A DNA stretch of 63,886 bases, the filler included, from an uncultured bacterium (GTDB taxonomy: Bacteria > JAGOEH01): assembly GCA_964632485.1 (NCBI GenBank). It is 4 parts of 4 records of this genome, joined end to end, with 100 filler letters (N's around TTAATTAATTAA, not from the genome) between each part and the next. Parts side by side here need not be neighbours in the genome. Positions count along the whole stretch, not along the records: positions 33,298 to 61,763 come from CAZWDO010000034.1; 3 more parts are not named here. One strand, 5' to 3'. The notes beneath the pieces are model-generated. The model was not told the origin of the DNA and ran no database searches. It was given only the letters and a program-made list of their open reading frames with translations. A program made the position numbers and the translations under genes. Of the stretch, positions 41,796-52,059 are shown in pieces; within the stretch, counting starts at the first letter, position 1, and every line of letters starts with the position of its first letter.

Positions 41796-43697
41796 ATGAT
41801 TGAGGCGCTTTATCAAATCGGGAAGATTCTGCCTGGGGATGGATTGTTAGCGCAATGGGTGGATGAAATTGATTGTAAACGATATCTCCATGTTCTTAAA
41901 ATAATGTTTAATTACGATAAAATCGAAAATATTCACTATGCAGGTATTGAATTAGAAAAAAACTCACCTGAGCGAAAAATGAAATATTTATATAAGCAGT
42001 CCAAGGGAAATATAGTCAATCCAACGCCTACTACTTTGGTTACAGAACTTAAAAAAACGCTTTGCAATAAAAAACGGTTTTTTCAAAGTTTTATTAAAAT
42101 TCATAAAAACCAGTTCTCCGAAACTTCAATTAAATTTCATCATTCTCTGCAAAAATGTGTGGAAGAAAATGAGGACTTAATTTTTCAAGAAATTTTAGAG
42201 GTCTGTAAAACTGATGGGCTCATTCAGGCCAAAGGCGACGACTGGGTATTTCGTGAGGGAGGGGTCATCTCCCTTGGATTCTGTCGAAATGGAGAGAGGG
42301 AGTATGTCGGAGATATTTCTCATTTTACGGATTATCTCCTTGATGCGGAAAGCATTTATCGATCCTATTACAAGTGTTATAATGTGGAAAGCCGTTCATC
42401 GGACAAGTTCTGCTATGTGTGCCGGAAACAGGTTCCCGAGGTGTGGGGCTTTGTCAATACTTTCAACTTTTATACGGTCGATAAACCGGGCATGGTGACC
42501 GGGGGATTTGATCAAAAACGGGCGTGGCGCAATTATCCGGTCTGTCCCCAATGTTCCGCGACGCTGCTGAAGGCGCGAAAGTATATCGACGCCCATCTGA
42601 GTCGCCGGTTTTGCGGATTCAATTATTATATCGTCCCGCAATTGATAGCGCCGGATGATGAATTGTTAACGTCAGTTTTAAATGATATAATTGAATCTAT
42701 ACCAAGTTTCTCAACGAGTGGAAAAGAAGCGATGCTGATTCAACAAAGCGAAGAAGAAGTATTGGAGGTTTTGGCGCGGGAATCAAATGCGGTGAATTTT
42801 CATTTTGTCTTTTACGAAACGCATCAAAGCGAATTTAAAATATTGTTGTATTTGCAGGATATCGCTCCATCACGATTGGCGCGGTTGTTGAACGTGAAAT
42901 CGTTAGTCGATAAAACTCATTATGCCGGTAATGTTTTCGGTCAATTTGAAGAAAAATTCAACAGCGCGGATTCTCCCCCTCAATTTAAGTTTTCATTTGG
43001 GTTGTTGAGGAATTTTTTTCCGAATAGCCGATTTGAAGGCGATTTTAATGCGCTTTTTCTGGAATTAGTCAATAACATTTTTATAGGGAAAAAAATTGAC
43101 GCCACTGTTTTTTTTCAGCGTTTCATGCAGCGAATCCGACAAGCTTTTCTCAATGGGTCCGGCATCGGTTATCAAATTTGTACTGTTCAAGCGTATAAAA
43201 TATTGTTGTATGTTTATGAGATCGACCAGTTAATTTTTATCCAGGGAGGAAAAATGGAGTCTGCGGTCCCGTTTGACGAATTTTTTGCAAGCCAGAAATT
43301 ACTGGATGATTCCGCTCAGCGGGCGGTTTTTCTATTGGGCGTTCTGGCGCAGAAGCTGTTGCGCATTCAGTATCAGCAAAGCCGGAGCGCTCCCTTTCGC
43401 GCCCGGTTGAATGGACTGAAAATCGATGCGCGCGTAGTAAGGCGCTTGCTGCCGGAACTTATCAATAAGCTTGAGGAATATAAGAAAAACTATTATCATG
43501 AACTCGAATCCGCGATCAGCCGCTATCTGCTCCATGCCCGTCTGGAACGTTTCAGCGTTACGGAATTGAGTTTCTATTTTACGTTGGGCATGTCGCTGTC
43601 CGGTGAATTTAAATTTGCCAAAGAAACACACGATATAAACGAAAATTCTCATCCATCAGTTCCTGAACAATTATCCCTGGAGGTACTCAATGACTGA
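41796..43697 (+). CDS. cas8b1: Type I-B large subunit Cas8b1 (Csh1/TM1802-like)
   Basis: MIEALYQIGK start, CxxC..FYTVDKPG..CxxC zinc motif, AVFLLGVL..FYFTLG C-terminal domain. Confidence 0.9.
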   Translation: MIEALYQIGKILPGDGLLAQWVDEIDCKRYLHVLKIMFNYDKIENIHYAGIELEKNSPERKMKYLYKQSKGNIVNPTPTTLVTELKKTLCNKKRFFQSFIKIHKNQFSETSIKFHHSLQKCVEENEDLIFQEILEVCKTDGLIQAKGDDWVFREGGVISLGFCRNGEREYVGDISHFTDYLLDAESIYRSYYKCYNVESRSSDKFCYVCRKQVPEVWGFVNTFNFYTVDKPGMVTGGFDQKRAWRNYPVCPQCSATLLKARKYIDAHLSRRFCGFNYYIVPQLIAPDDELLTSVLNDIIESIPSFSTSGKEAMLIQQSEEEVLEVLARESNAVNFHFVFYETHQSEFKILLYLQDIAPSRLARLLNVKSLVDKTHYAGNVFGQFEEKFNSADSPPQFKFSFGLLRNFFPNSRFEGDFNALFLELVNNIFIGKKIDATVFFQRFMQRIRQAFLNGSGIGYQICTVQAYKILLYVYEIDQLIFIQGGKMESAVPFDEFFASQKLLDDSAQRAVFLLGVLAQKLLRIQYQQSRSAPFRARLNGLKIDARVVRRLLPELINKLEEYKKNYYHELESAISRYLLHARLERFSVTELSFYFTLGMSLSGEFKFAKETHDINENSHPSVPEQLSLEVLND

Positions 43698-44646
43698 CCT
43701 GAATACTCGACATGAAATTCTGTTCATTTACGATATAACGGACGCCAATCCCAACGGCGATCCACTGGATGGCAATAAACCCCGCATCGATGAGGAAACG
43801 CGCATTAATATTGTTACGGATGTACGGCTGAAACGCACGGCGCGCGACTATCTTCATGAATATAAAGGGTATGATGGATTGGGTGAAAAAGATATTTTTA
43901 TCCGCGAAATAGCCATGGAATCCGGCAATCCGGAAGCGGGCATCCAGGATGGTAAAACCCGCGCCAAGGATTTTAAGGGCAAGGATGATATCCTGAAAAA
44001 GTGTATCGATGTGCGGCTTTTCGGAGGCGTGATCCCGCTTGAAGGGAAAAAGAGTAAAAAAAATAAAAGCGATGATGATGATAGCGTCGAATCAGGCGAG
44101 AAAAGTTATACCTTCACCGGTCCGGTACAGTTCAAAATGGGACGCTCCCTGCATCCGGTAGAAATGCTCTATATCAAAGGCACCGGCGCTTTTGCATCAA
44201 AACCTGGGAATACGCAGAAAACGTTTCGTGAAGAATATATTTTGCCCTATTCCTGTATCGCGTTTCACGGTATTGCCAATGAAAAGGCTGCCATAGCCAC
44301 TGGCCTGACCCGGGCCGATCTCGATCTGTTGATGGAGGCGCTGTGGATGGGCACTAAAAATCTGATCAGCCGCTCCAAATTCGGCCAGGCGCCTCGTTTC
44401 CTGCTGCGAGTGGAATATCAGGAATCGGGCTTTTTCCTGGGCGATCTGGATAAACTGATTTCGTTGTCTGGTGTTGAAAATCCGCTGGCTATCCGTTCCA
44501 CGGCTGACTACCGTTTCGATCTTTCCCAATTGATCACGATCCTCGATGCAAATCGGAATCGCATTAAAAATGTCCGGTATAAAAACGATGCTCTGCTGAA
44601 AATGTCGTCTTCCATTCCCGACTGGTGGCAAGAGTTCGGGTTTTAA
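43690..44646 (+). CDS. cas7: Type I-B Cas7 (Csh2)
   Basis: ANPNGDP..NKPRID, TDVRLKR, IDVRLFG, TGPVQF. Confidence 0.95.
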   Translation: MTDLNTRHEILFIYDITDANPNGDPLDGNKPRIDEETRINIVTDVRLKRTARDYLHEYKGYDGLGEKDIFIREIAMESGNPEAGIQDGKTRAKDFKGKDDILKKCIDVRLFGGVIPLEGKKSKKNKSDDDDSVESGEKSYTFTGPVQFKMGRSLHPVEMLYIKGTGAFASKPGNTQKTFREEYILPYSCIAFHGIANEKAAIATGLTRADLDLLMEALWMGTKNLISRSKFGQAPRFLLRVEYQESGFFLGDLDKLISLSGVENPLAIRSTADYRFDLSQLITILDANRNRIKNVRYKNDALLKMSSSIPDWWQEFGF

Positions 44647-44658
44647 AGGGGATTATCC

Positions 44659-45396
44659 ATGAAAATCGTCGTCGTCGATCTTTACGGAGATTACGGACAT
44701 TTCAAAGTACCCTATACCACTACATCGCCTCTGACATTTCCGGTTCCGCCGAAATCGGCATTGATGGGTATGATCGGCGCTGTGTTCGGGTATGATAAAA
44801 CGGAATATCTGCATCGCCTTGCACAACATGAATGGCGATGCGCGATTCAATTGCTGAAACCCGTCAAAAAAATGCATATCAGCGAAAATCTGCTTCATAC
44901 CAAAAATGTCAGGCATTTCGCGCGCATGGATCCACATAAAGCGCCCCATTCGCCCACACGGATCGAATTTCTGAAAGATGCCGCTTATCGGATATTTGTT
45001 CATTGCAGCGATCAGCATGAACTGGAACGTCTCAGCCATGCCCTTGAAACCCGAACCCATGTCTATACGCTTTCCCTGGGACTCTCTGAATGCTTGTTGA
45101 ATTATCAATGGAGAGGTATGGCTGACGGGGTTGAAGTTACCGGCGGGGGGCAATGGATTCCTCTGCATTCGATTCTTCCTTTGAACCGGATATCGTCCCG
45201 TGAGGATATCGCTTTATTCAATCCCACTTCGCGCTTTCAACGCGTCCATCTGCCCGTCGAACTTTCTCCCGATCGGATACTGCTTAGTTCGGAGTTTTTT
45301 CTGATCGAAACCAACGGTGGAGCGATCGAGGCGCGCAACCTGAACTATTATCAATTGCAACTGGGACAACAACCGTTGAATATCGTTTTGTTTTGA
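44659..45396 (+). CDS. cas5: Type I-B Cas5
   Basis: GDYGHFKVP..LTFPVPPKSALMGMIGAVFG; YTLSLG. Confidence 0.95.
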   Translation: MKIVVVDLYGDYGHFKVPYTTTSPLTFPVPPKSALMGMIGAVFGYDKTEYLHRLAQHEWRCAIQLLKPVKKMHISENLLHTKNVRHFARMDPHKAPHSPTRIEFLKDAAYRIFVHCSDQHELERLSHALETRTHVYTLSLGLSECLLNYQWRGMADGVEVTGGGQWIPLHSILPLNRISSREDIALFNPTSRFQRVHLPVELSPDRILLSSEFFLIETNGGAIEARNLNYYQLQLGQQPLNIVLF

Positions 45397-45406
45397 CGGT
45401 TATAAC

Positions 45407-47761
45407 ATGATTGCCCTGAATACTGAAACCAAAGAGCCGCTTTCCCATCCCGATAAACCTCTTCTGACGCATCTCCGCCAGGTACGGGATATCGGGCTTT
45501 CATGCCTGAATGCGCTGGATGTTAGCGGTTTTCCTATATCCCGTGATTGCCTTGCTTCCAGCTTAGCGTACATTCTTTTCTATCATGATCTGGGCAAAGC
45601 GACGCCGTTCTTTCAGGATTATTTGCGCGCCGCGATAGAAGGCAAAAAGTATAAGGGAAATCGGAAACTGACGCAACACGCATTGATTTCGGCTTGCTAT
45701 ACGGCCTGGGCAGTTCATGAAAGCATCGCGGATGACCAATGGTCGGATATAATGGCGTGGATAGCGTTTGTGGTGGCGCGTCGCCATCACGGCAATCTCG
45801 AAGAGCAATTGCAAATGAGCGTCATCGAGGATGAAGAATGGGATTTGGTTGAATCGCAATGGAAAACGATTCCCTGGGCTTTGTTCGGACATGAGTCGCC
45901 ACCCGATTTCGACAGCGTTCGAAAATATAATGCGAAATGGGTGTTCAAATTTAACAGATTTAATAAAAAAAATCATGGATTTGATCTCTATTTTTTGGCA
46001 AATCTGTTTTTTTCCATTTTAACTTATTCTGATAAAACTGATGTCGTTTTCGGATCCCGTTATCTATTTCCATCTCTGGCTGAATCCTGGCTATGGGTGG
46101 ATTCCCATAAACAAAGAGCTTTTTCGGTTCAAGACGATACGCCGATGAACCGAGCGCGGGAGTCGATCTATTCGCTGAGTCTTGAATCGCTTCGACAAGC
46201 CGGTTCTGAAGAGATGATATATGTTTTAAATGCCCCGACCGGCAGCGGCAAGACCTTGGCCGCCATTAACCTGGCATTCGATCTGACTCGGGCTGATCCT
46301 TCTCTGCGACGAGTTGTTTATGCCTTACCCTTCACCTCGATTATCGACCAGACCGCCCTGGTTGTCAATCAATTAATGCAAAGCAATCAGTTGGAAAACG
46401 AGCAATTTGTGACGGTTCATCATCATTTATCAGAACCGGATTTGCAGTATGAGGAAACCCGGCTTACGCCGGATCAGGCGGAAATGCTGGTGGAAAATTG
46501 GGAAAAACCGATTGTTCTGACTACGTTCTGGCAGCTTTTCCATTCCCTGATCAGCGGTTCAAATGCGCAATTGCGTAAATTTCATCAAATGGGAAATGCA
46601 GTCGTCATTTTAGATGAAATTCAATCCCTGCCGTTCGAATACTGGTCTCTGATACGGGATTTGTTACCGCGTTTCTGCCGACTCTTTCATACCCGCATCA
46701 TCCTGATGTCCGCCACCATGCCCTTGTTGTTTCCCCAGACCAAAGGGTCCTGCCGCTTATTGCTTGGCCAGGAAGAACAGGAGCGACTTTTCAATATCTG
46801 GAATCGCTATCGGCTACATATCATAGAGAAACTCGAGGTCATCGATCTCGAAACGGTGATGAACCATTTTCTTGACAATTTTCGGGATCAACTTCCCGCT
46901 ACCTGTCTTTTTATTTTCAATACAATCGACGCCAGTATCCGTTTTTTTAAAATGGTTAGCGAAACTCTCAGTCATGCGGAGATTATCTATCTTTCGTCGA
47001 ATATCGTTCCCATCCAGCGCCGCGAACGTCTTGCGCGTATTAAGGCAAGGGCGGGAACGCGTCCTTTGCCGCCCCTGATTGTCGTCTCCACGCAATTGGT
47101 GGAAGCTGGCGTCGATCTGGATTTCGATAGTGTCTATCGTGATTTGGCTCCACTTGATTCATTGGTGCAGGCGGCGGGCCGCTGCAATCGCAATGCTCAT
47201 CTGGAGTTCGGCGATTGCTTTATTTTTCAATTGTCAAGAGAAAGAAATGGGGCGCGGAAACCCGATTGTCAATATATTTATTCGCCGTTGATGCTGGATG
47301 CGACTCGTACTATCCTGCTGGATCGCCCGGTATGGTCTGAATCGGACATTCATAGCTGGGTCAGGCGTTACTACGGGGAACTGGAACGCCGGGGATCGAG
47401 CGCGAAGAGTTCGTTGGTTGCCAAAGCAATGCAAAGGTTGGAATATAGTGAGCTTTTCCGCGAATTCAGGATCATTCAGGACTATATTCCCAGTCAGCCG
47501 GTTTTTATCGAATTGGATGGCAACGCCCGCTCCATTTTGTCGCGGTTTCAGCAATCGATGCAGATTGAAAATCGGTTTGAGCGCCAAAACGTTTTTCTTT
47601 CGTTTCGGCAGGATTTTTATAATTGCGTCGTTTCACCCTATCTGAACTCCAGGGAATCTTTCGATGATTTGTTGGAAATCGGGGGATTCCGGATTGTACC
47701 CTTCGATCAGCTCAGGCGTTACTATCATCCGGATTTCGGGTGGATTGGCGCGCGTGACTGA
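45407..47761 (+). CDS. cas3: Cas3 HD nuclease-helicase
   Basis: YHDLGKA, RHHG, APTGSGKT, DEIQ, MSAT, QLVEAGVDLD, QAAGRCNR. Confidence 0.97.
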   Translation: MIALNTETKEPLSHPDKPLLTHLRQVRDIGLSCLNALDVSGFPISRDCLASSLAYILFYHDLGKATPFFQDYLRAAIEGKKYKGNRKLTQHALISACYTAWAVHESIADDQWSDIMAWIAFVVARRHHGNLEEQLQMSVIEDEEWDLVESQWKTIPWALFGHESPPDFDSVRKYNAKWVFKFNRFNKKNHGFDLYFLANLFFSILTYSDKTDVVFGSRYLFPSLAESWLWVDSHKQRAFSVQDDTPMNRARESIYSLSLESLRQAGSEEMIYVLNAPTGSGKTLAAINLAFDLTRADPSLRRVVYALPFTSIIDQTALVVNQLMQSNQLENEQFVTVHHHLSEPDLQYEETRLTPDQAEMLVENWEKPIVLTTFWQLFHSLISGSNAQLRKFHQMGNAVVILDEIQSLPFEYWSLIRDLLPRFCRLFHTRIILMSATMPLLFPQTKGSCRLLLGQEEQERLFNIWNRYRLHIIEKLEVIDLETVMNHFLDNFRDQLPATCLFIFNTIDASIRFFKMVSETLSHAEIIYLSSNIVPIQRRERLARIKARAGTRPLPPLIVVSTQLVEAGVDLDFDSVYRDLAPLDSLVQAAGRCNRNAHLEFGDCFIFQLSRERNGARKPDCQYIYSPLMLDATRTILLDRPVWSESDIHSWVRRYYGELERRGSSAKSSLVAKAMQRLEYSELFREFRIIQDYIPSQPVFIELDGNARSILSRFQQSMQIENRFERQNVFLSFRQDFYNCVVSPYLNSRESFDDLLEIGGFRIVPFDQLRRYYHPDFGWIGARD

Positions 47762-47764
47762 TTA

Positions 47765-48439
47765 TTACATGATGCGGCGGATCCAACCGTACCCGCGACT
47801 GGGGCTTTTGCCTAATCCCACATAATCGGGCAGTTCCATGTTGATCATAAATTGACCCTGAAATCCCAACACACTTTCTCCCTTTAAATTGACCGGAATA
47901 TGTCTCACGCTGAGTTTTATCACAAGCCGATCTGGAATGGTATATTCGACAAATTTGCAAAAGGAAATAATATTGTTGATTAAGATCGCCTTGAGCTTTT
48001 CTTCCCGTTCCTGTTGAGATTTCATCTGCTGAAATAAATTGAAATTATCCTGGTTGAGCGCGATCCAGGGAGAACCGAATTCATAGAGATTCGTTTCAGA
48101 CGTCATTCCCAAGCGTATGGACTGAATATCCAAAGAACGATTGTAAAAGTAGATTTGTTTTTTTTCCAACCAGGCCGTCTCGGTTTGCAGAAATAGCAAA
48201 CGAAAAATATCGACTGCTTTATCTCCAAAGGTGATAATAGAAAATTTTCCATCAATGATCTTGAATTGAATGGCTGCATAGCGATAGAGTGTTTTTCCCG
48301 TTTCCGGATCATGGTTGTGGAGCAGATCAAATTGATGCAATTCATTGCTGAAAAAACCGCGGATTTTATGAATTTCGGAGGATTTGATTTTGGCTTCGGG
48401 GAATTGAAGCCATACCCGTTTGATCTGCTTGAACGCCAT
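47765..48439 (-). CDS. cas6: Cas6 (Cas6b-like) crRNA-processing endoribonuclease
   Basis: IRGFF..LLHNH..YRYAAIQFK, PWIALNQ, C-terminal G-loop GLGKSPSRGYG. Confidence 0.9.
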   Translation of the reverse strand: MAFKQIKRVWLQFPEAKIKSSEIHKIRGFFSNELHQFDLLHNHDPETGKTLYRYAAIQFKIIDGKFSIITFGDKAVDIFRLLFLQTETAWLEKKQIYFYNRSLDIQSIRLGMTSETNLYEFGSPWIALNQDNFNLFQQMKSQQEREEKLKAILINNIISFCKFVEYTIPDRLVIKLSVRHIPVNLKGESVLGFQGQFMINMELPDYVGLGKSPSRGYGWIRRIM

Positions 48440-48460
48440 ATTTTTTCTATTGTTTAATAT

Positions 48461-49990
48461 TCAGTTGACAAGCCAGTCGGCAATATTGCGCGCCTCGTGT
48501 GAAAAGCCGATTCCGAGCTTAATTACCTCCCGGCCGTCCATCTGGTAGGCGATGCCGTAGCCTTTCTCCTCGATCTGCTTCAAGGCTTCCTCCGCCGAGC
48601 CCATTTTGAATTCGATGACATATATGCGCTGTTTCGTCTCGATCACGGCATCGATCCGGCCCTTGTGCGTCTGTACCTCGCACGCCAATCTCACTCCGAC
48701 CAGTTTCAGCGCGATATAGATCACCGATTGATAGTAGTATTCCAGGTGCTCGATGAATATCTGATACGGGATTGAGGCGAACAGGGAGCGCAGTTGCGTG
48801 ATGAAACCTTCCACAGCGCCGCCTTCCAACGCGTCTTCCATGCTAAAGACCATGGCGCCGGTCTCGCTCTGCACCCGGTGGCTGAAGACTTCCAACAGGT
48901 TGTTTAGTAATGATATCCGCACCTCTTCGTTGGGATAGGACAGATAATAGCGTCCCGCGGCAGCGTCGTGTTCTTTGATCGTCAGGTAGCCGGTCTGATA
49001 AAGCAGGGAGTAGATATCCAATCGCCGCAGTTCGAACTTGTCGAAGAAAGCCTGGCTGACTGCCAGTCGCGAAAGCTTTTCCACATCGATCCGCTGGTCG
49101 CGAATCGTCTCCACCAGAAACGTTGGTGTGCCCGTCGTAAACCAGAAATTCCTGAACTCCATCTGGCGAAACAGATTCAGAATCGAAAATGGATTGTAAA
49201 CAAACTGCCGACCGTCCCAACTGTAACCGTTGTACCACTGCCGGATCTTGTCTAAAAGCGCCTCCGAACTCAATCCGCTTTCCTTGGCCAGACGTTTCAG
49301 GTATCCGCCGAAATACGTCTCAAGTTCCGTTTCCGTATATCCGAGCAGTTGGCTCACCCCCCGAAACAGCGTCAAGTCTTCTAAATTGTTCAGATCGCTG
49401 AAAATGGAGACCTTGCTGAACTTGGAAACGCCGGTCACGAAGACAAAGCGCAGATAATCGTCGAGTCCCTTAATGCCGGAATAGAAGTTTTTCAGGATAT
49501 CGCGGTTGGTCTCGGCTTGTTCGATATCGGTCAGGTAGTCAATAATCGGTTTATCGTACTCATCAATCAGCAATACAACTTTGGCTTTTTGGGATAATTC
49601 TTTCACCATATCGACCAGTTTCCCGCTATAGGCTGGATTCTCCAAGTTCAAACCCATTTCTCGCGCCAATTGATCCAAATAACGGCGCAGGGCCGTCTCC
49701 AATCCCAATTCCCGGTACTGAATCTGACTGAAGTCGATATGGATCACCGGATGCGCCGGCCAATCCATTTTATTGTAAATCCAGGTATCGCGGAACAGTT
49801 CGCGGTTGCCGCTGAAAAGCTCCTTGAGCGTGGAAATCAGCAGGGATTTGCCGAAACGCCGGGGACGGGAGAGGAAAAAATATCCGGCGGACGTGACCAG
49901 TTGATAGATTAATTGAGTTTTATCAACATATAGGAATCCTTCGATGATCAATTTTGAAAAGGATTGGATGCCGATGCCGAGTTTCTTCAT
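48461..49990 (-). CDS. AAA-ATPase-like + PD-(D/E)XK nuclease protein (DUF1703 type)
   Basis: GIQSF..YVDKT, SRPRRFGKSL, LIDEYDKP, TGVSKFS, GRIDAV..VIEFK..ALKQI. Confidence 0.92.
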   Translation of the reverse strand: MKKLGIGIQSFSKLIIEGFLYVDKTQLIYQLVTSAGYFFLSRPRRFGKSLLISTLKELFSGNRELFRDTWIYNKMDWPAHPVIHIDFSQIQYRELGLETALRRYLDQLAREMGLNLENPAYSGKLVDMVKELSQKAKVVLLIDEYDKPIIDYLTDIEQAETNRDILKNFYSGIKGLDDYLRFVFVTGVSKFSKVSIFSDLNNLEDLTLFRGVSQLLGYTETELETYFGGYLKRLAKESGLSSEALLDKIRQWYNGYSWDGRQFVYNPFSILNLFRQMEFRNFWFTTGTPTFLVETIRDQRIDVEKLSRLAVSQAFFDKFELRRLDIYSLLYQTGYLTIKEHDAAAGRYYLSYPNEEVRISLLNNLLEVFSHRVQSETGAMVFSMEDALEGGAVEGFITQLRSLFASIPYQIFIEHLEYYYQSVIYIALKLVGVRLACEVQTHKGRIDAVIETKQRIYVIEFKMGSAEEALKQIEEKGYGIAYQMDGREVIKLGIGFSHEARNIADWLVN

Positions 49991-50204
49991 ATTGGTAATA
50001 TACGCAATCAAAGGGAAATTGCAAGCAAAATATTTAGAGGGGTCGCATCTCGCAAATCGCTCACTACTTCCATTCCGGGCTTCTTTTCAGTCATGCCGAA
50101 CGCCGATCCGGCATCTATTCTTTTATCCATGGTTTTCGGGCGCGAGCCATAGGGGCAGACAAGCCCGGAAGGATATGAAGGGAATTGCGTTATTAATCAA
50201 GGCG

Positions 50205-50948
50205 TTATATAAGGATTCGTTTCAAGACCTGATATCCGGAGCGGCTGACGGGTAGTTCCCGTCCGTTCAGGGTCAGCAGTTTAGCGCTGCCCGAAACTGT
50301 GAGCGAAATCTGTTGAATCGCCTCGATACGAACCAGGTAGGAGCGGTGAATGCGGATGAATTGCCCGGGATCCAGTCTGGATTCGAAATAATGCATGGAT
50401 TGCTGGACTAAATGCCGTCCCTGTTGAGTCGTAATCTGGACATAATCGTCCATAGCTTCCAACAGCGTAATATCCGCGACCGAGATCAGGATAATTTTGG
50501 AACCCTCTTTGACAAAAAACCGGTTCAAATAAGCTGTCTGATTCGGCAGAGCGGATAACAGGCGATTCAGTGTTTCGGATTGATGCAAGTGATTGCGGAT
50601 CGATTTAAGCGCTTTGCGGACGGCCTGATTGAAACGTTCCTGATCATACGGTTTCAGCAGGTAATCTATGGCGTTGACCTCAAACGCCCGAATGGCGTAT
50701 TGGTCAAAGGCGGTTGAAAAGATGACTATGGGATTAGTATCGAGCATTTTCAGGAGTTCAAACCCGTTGACCTCCGGCATTTGGATATCTAAAAAGATCA
50801 AATCGGGTTTGAGTTCTCGAATTGCCGGCCAGGCTTGATGGGCGTCACGACATTCGGCCAAAAGAGTAATCTCGGGAAATGCGCCTATATATTCCCGGAT
50901 CACATCCCGCGCTAATTTTTCATCGTCGATTATGATGGCGCCGATCAT
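50205..50948 (-). CDS. LytTR-family response regulator
   Basis: IIDDE, FLDIQMP, FIRIHRSYLV, LPVSRS. Confidence 0.95.
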   Translation of the reverse strand: MIGAIIIDDEKLARDVIREYIGAFPEITLLAECRDAHQAWPAIRELKPDLIFLDIQMPEVNGFELLKMLDTNPIVIFSTAFDQYAIRAFEVNAIDYLLKPYDQERFNQAVRKALKSIRNHLHQSETLNRLLSALPNQTAYLNRFFVKEGSKIILISVADITLLEAMDDYVQITTQQGRHLVQQSMHYFESRLDPGQFIRIHRSYLVRIEAIQQISLTVSGSAKLLTLNGRELPVSRSGYQVLKRILI

Positions 50949-50952
50949 AACA

Positions 50953-52041
50953 TTAGTTTACCTTCGTTTGGGAAGTGCCGGGCAGATTCAGGGGAATCTT
51001 GAACCGGACTTCAAATTTATCGGTCATTTTCCGGAATGAAAGTTGGGAACGATCGCCATACAGTAAATGGAGCCGCTGCTGGATGTTGCTCAGCCCGATG
51101 CCGGCTTTTTCGATTGAATCCTCCGGAGATGATGAAACCGCTGTCAGTGGATTAGAGATTTCCCCTTCAATGGCCTCGCCGCGGCGATGCAAGTGAATTT
51201 GGATTTCTCCTCCATGGCGGCTGTTGGAAATGCCATGCTTCACCGCATTTTCAAGCAAGGGCTGCAGGAATAAAGCCGGGAATGGCGTATCCAGGATGCT
51301 CTCGTCAATTGTTTTCACTATGTGCATTTTATCGGCAAAACGTATATTTTCGATTTCCAGGTAGTATTCAGCCAGTTGCAATTCTTCGCGCAAGGGGATC
51401 ACGAATTGCTCACGGGTTTTCAGGCTCAGATGCAATAATCCCGACAACCGGATCAGCATCCGCCGCGCAATTTCCGGCTGGGTAGGAATCAAGGCGTGAA
51501 TTGAATTGAGCGCATTAAAAAGGAAATGGGGATTCATTTGCAGTTTCAGGGCTTTCAATTCAGCGTCCCGGGAGAGGGACCTCAACTCGGCCGCGTCGAG
51601 TTCTTTCTGTCTGTAATTTTTGTAGTGGATATAACTATAATAGAATCCCGCAATGAAAAAATAGTTCTGCATTCCCGCCAGAAACTGCCAGCCGATGAAA
51701 CGACGAACATGAATGACGTTCAGTATTTCGGGACCGAAAATGAGCGTCCATAAACCGAGATAGCATCCGAGCCAGAAACTGGTAATCACGATGGCAATGA
51801 AAAAATGAACGCCGAAAAAAAGGGCGGAGTGATAGCGTCCCATACGGATGAAGCGCGCGATGAACCAGATGGGAATGCCCATGAGAGCATAGAGATAGTT
51901 GACGGTCGCCGAGCTGAACAACGCGATCAAATATGACATCCCTTCCTGAAGACTCATGATCCAGGAATAGAAGAGTATCCAAAAGGTCCATAAGGAAAAT
52001 GCGGTCACAATGAGGCGACGATTGCGGATCAGCAGCGCCAT
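50953..52041 (-). CDS. LytS/YehU-type membrane histidine kinase
   Basis: LKLQMNPHFLFNALNSI, LQPLLENAVKHG, GIGLSNI; several TM helices. Confidence 0.95.
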   Translation of the reverse strand: MALLIRNRRLIVTAFSLWTFWILFYSWIMSLQEGMSYLIALFSSATVNYLYALMGIPIWFIARFIRMGRYHSALFFGVHFFIAIVITSFWLGCYLGLWTLIFGPEILNVIHVRRFIGWQFLAGMQNYFFIAGFYYSYIHYKNYRQKELDAAELRSLSRDAELKALKLQMNPHFLFNALNSIHALIPTQPEIARRMLIRLSGLLHLSLKTREQFVIPLREELQLAEYYLEIENIRFADKMHIVKTIDESILDTPFPALFLQPLLENAVKHGISNSRHGGEIQIHLHRRGEAIEGEISNPLTAVSSSPEDSIEKAGIGLSNIQQRLHLLYGDRSQLSFRKMTDKFEVRFKIPLNLPGTSQTKVN

Positions 52042-52059
52042 AACCTGTACACTTTTAGT

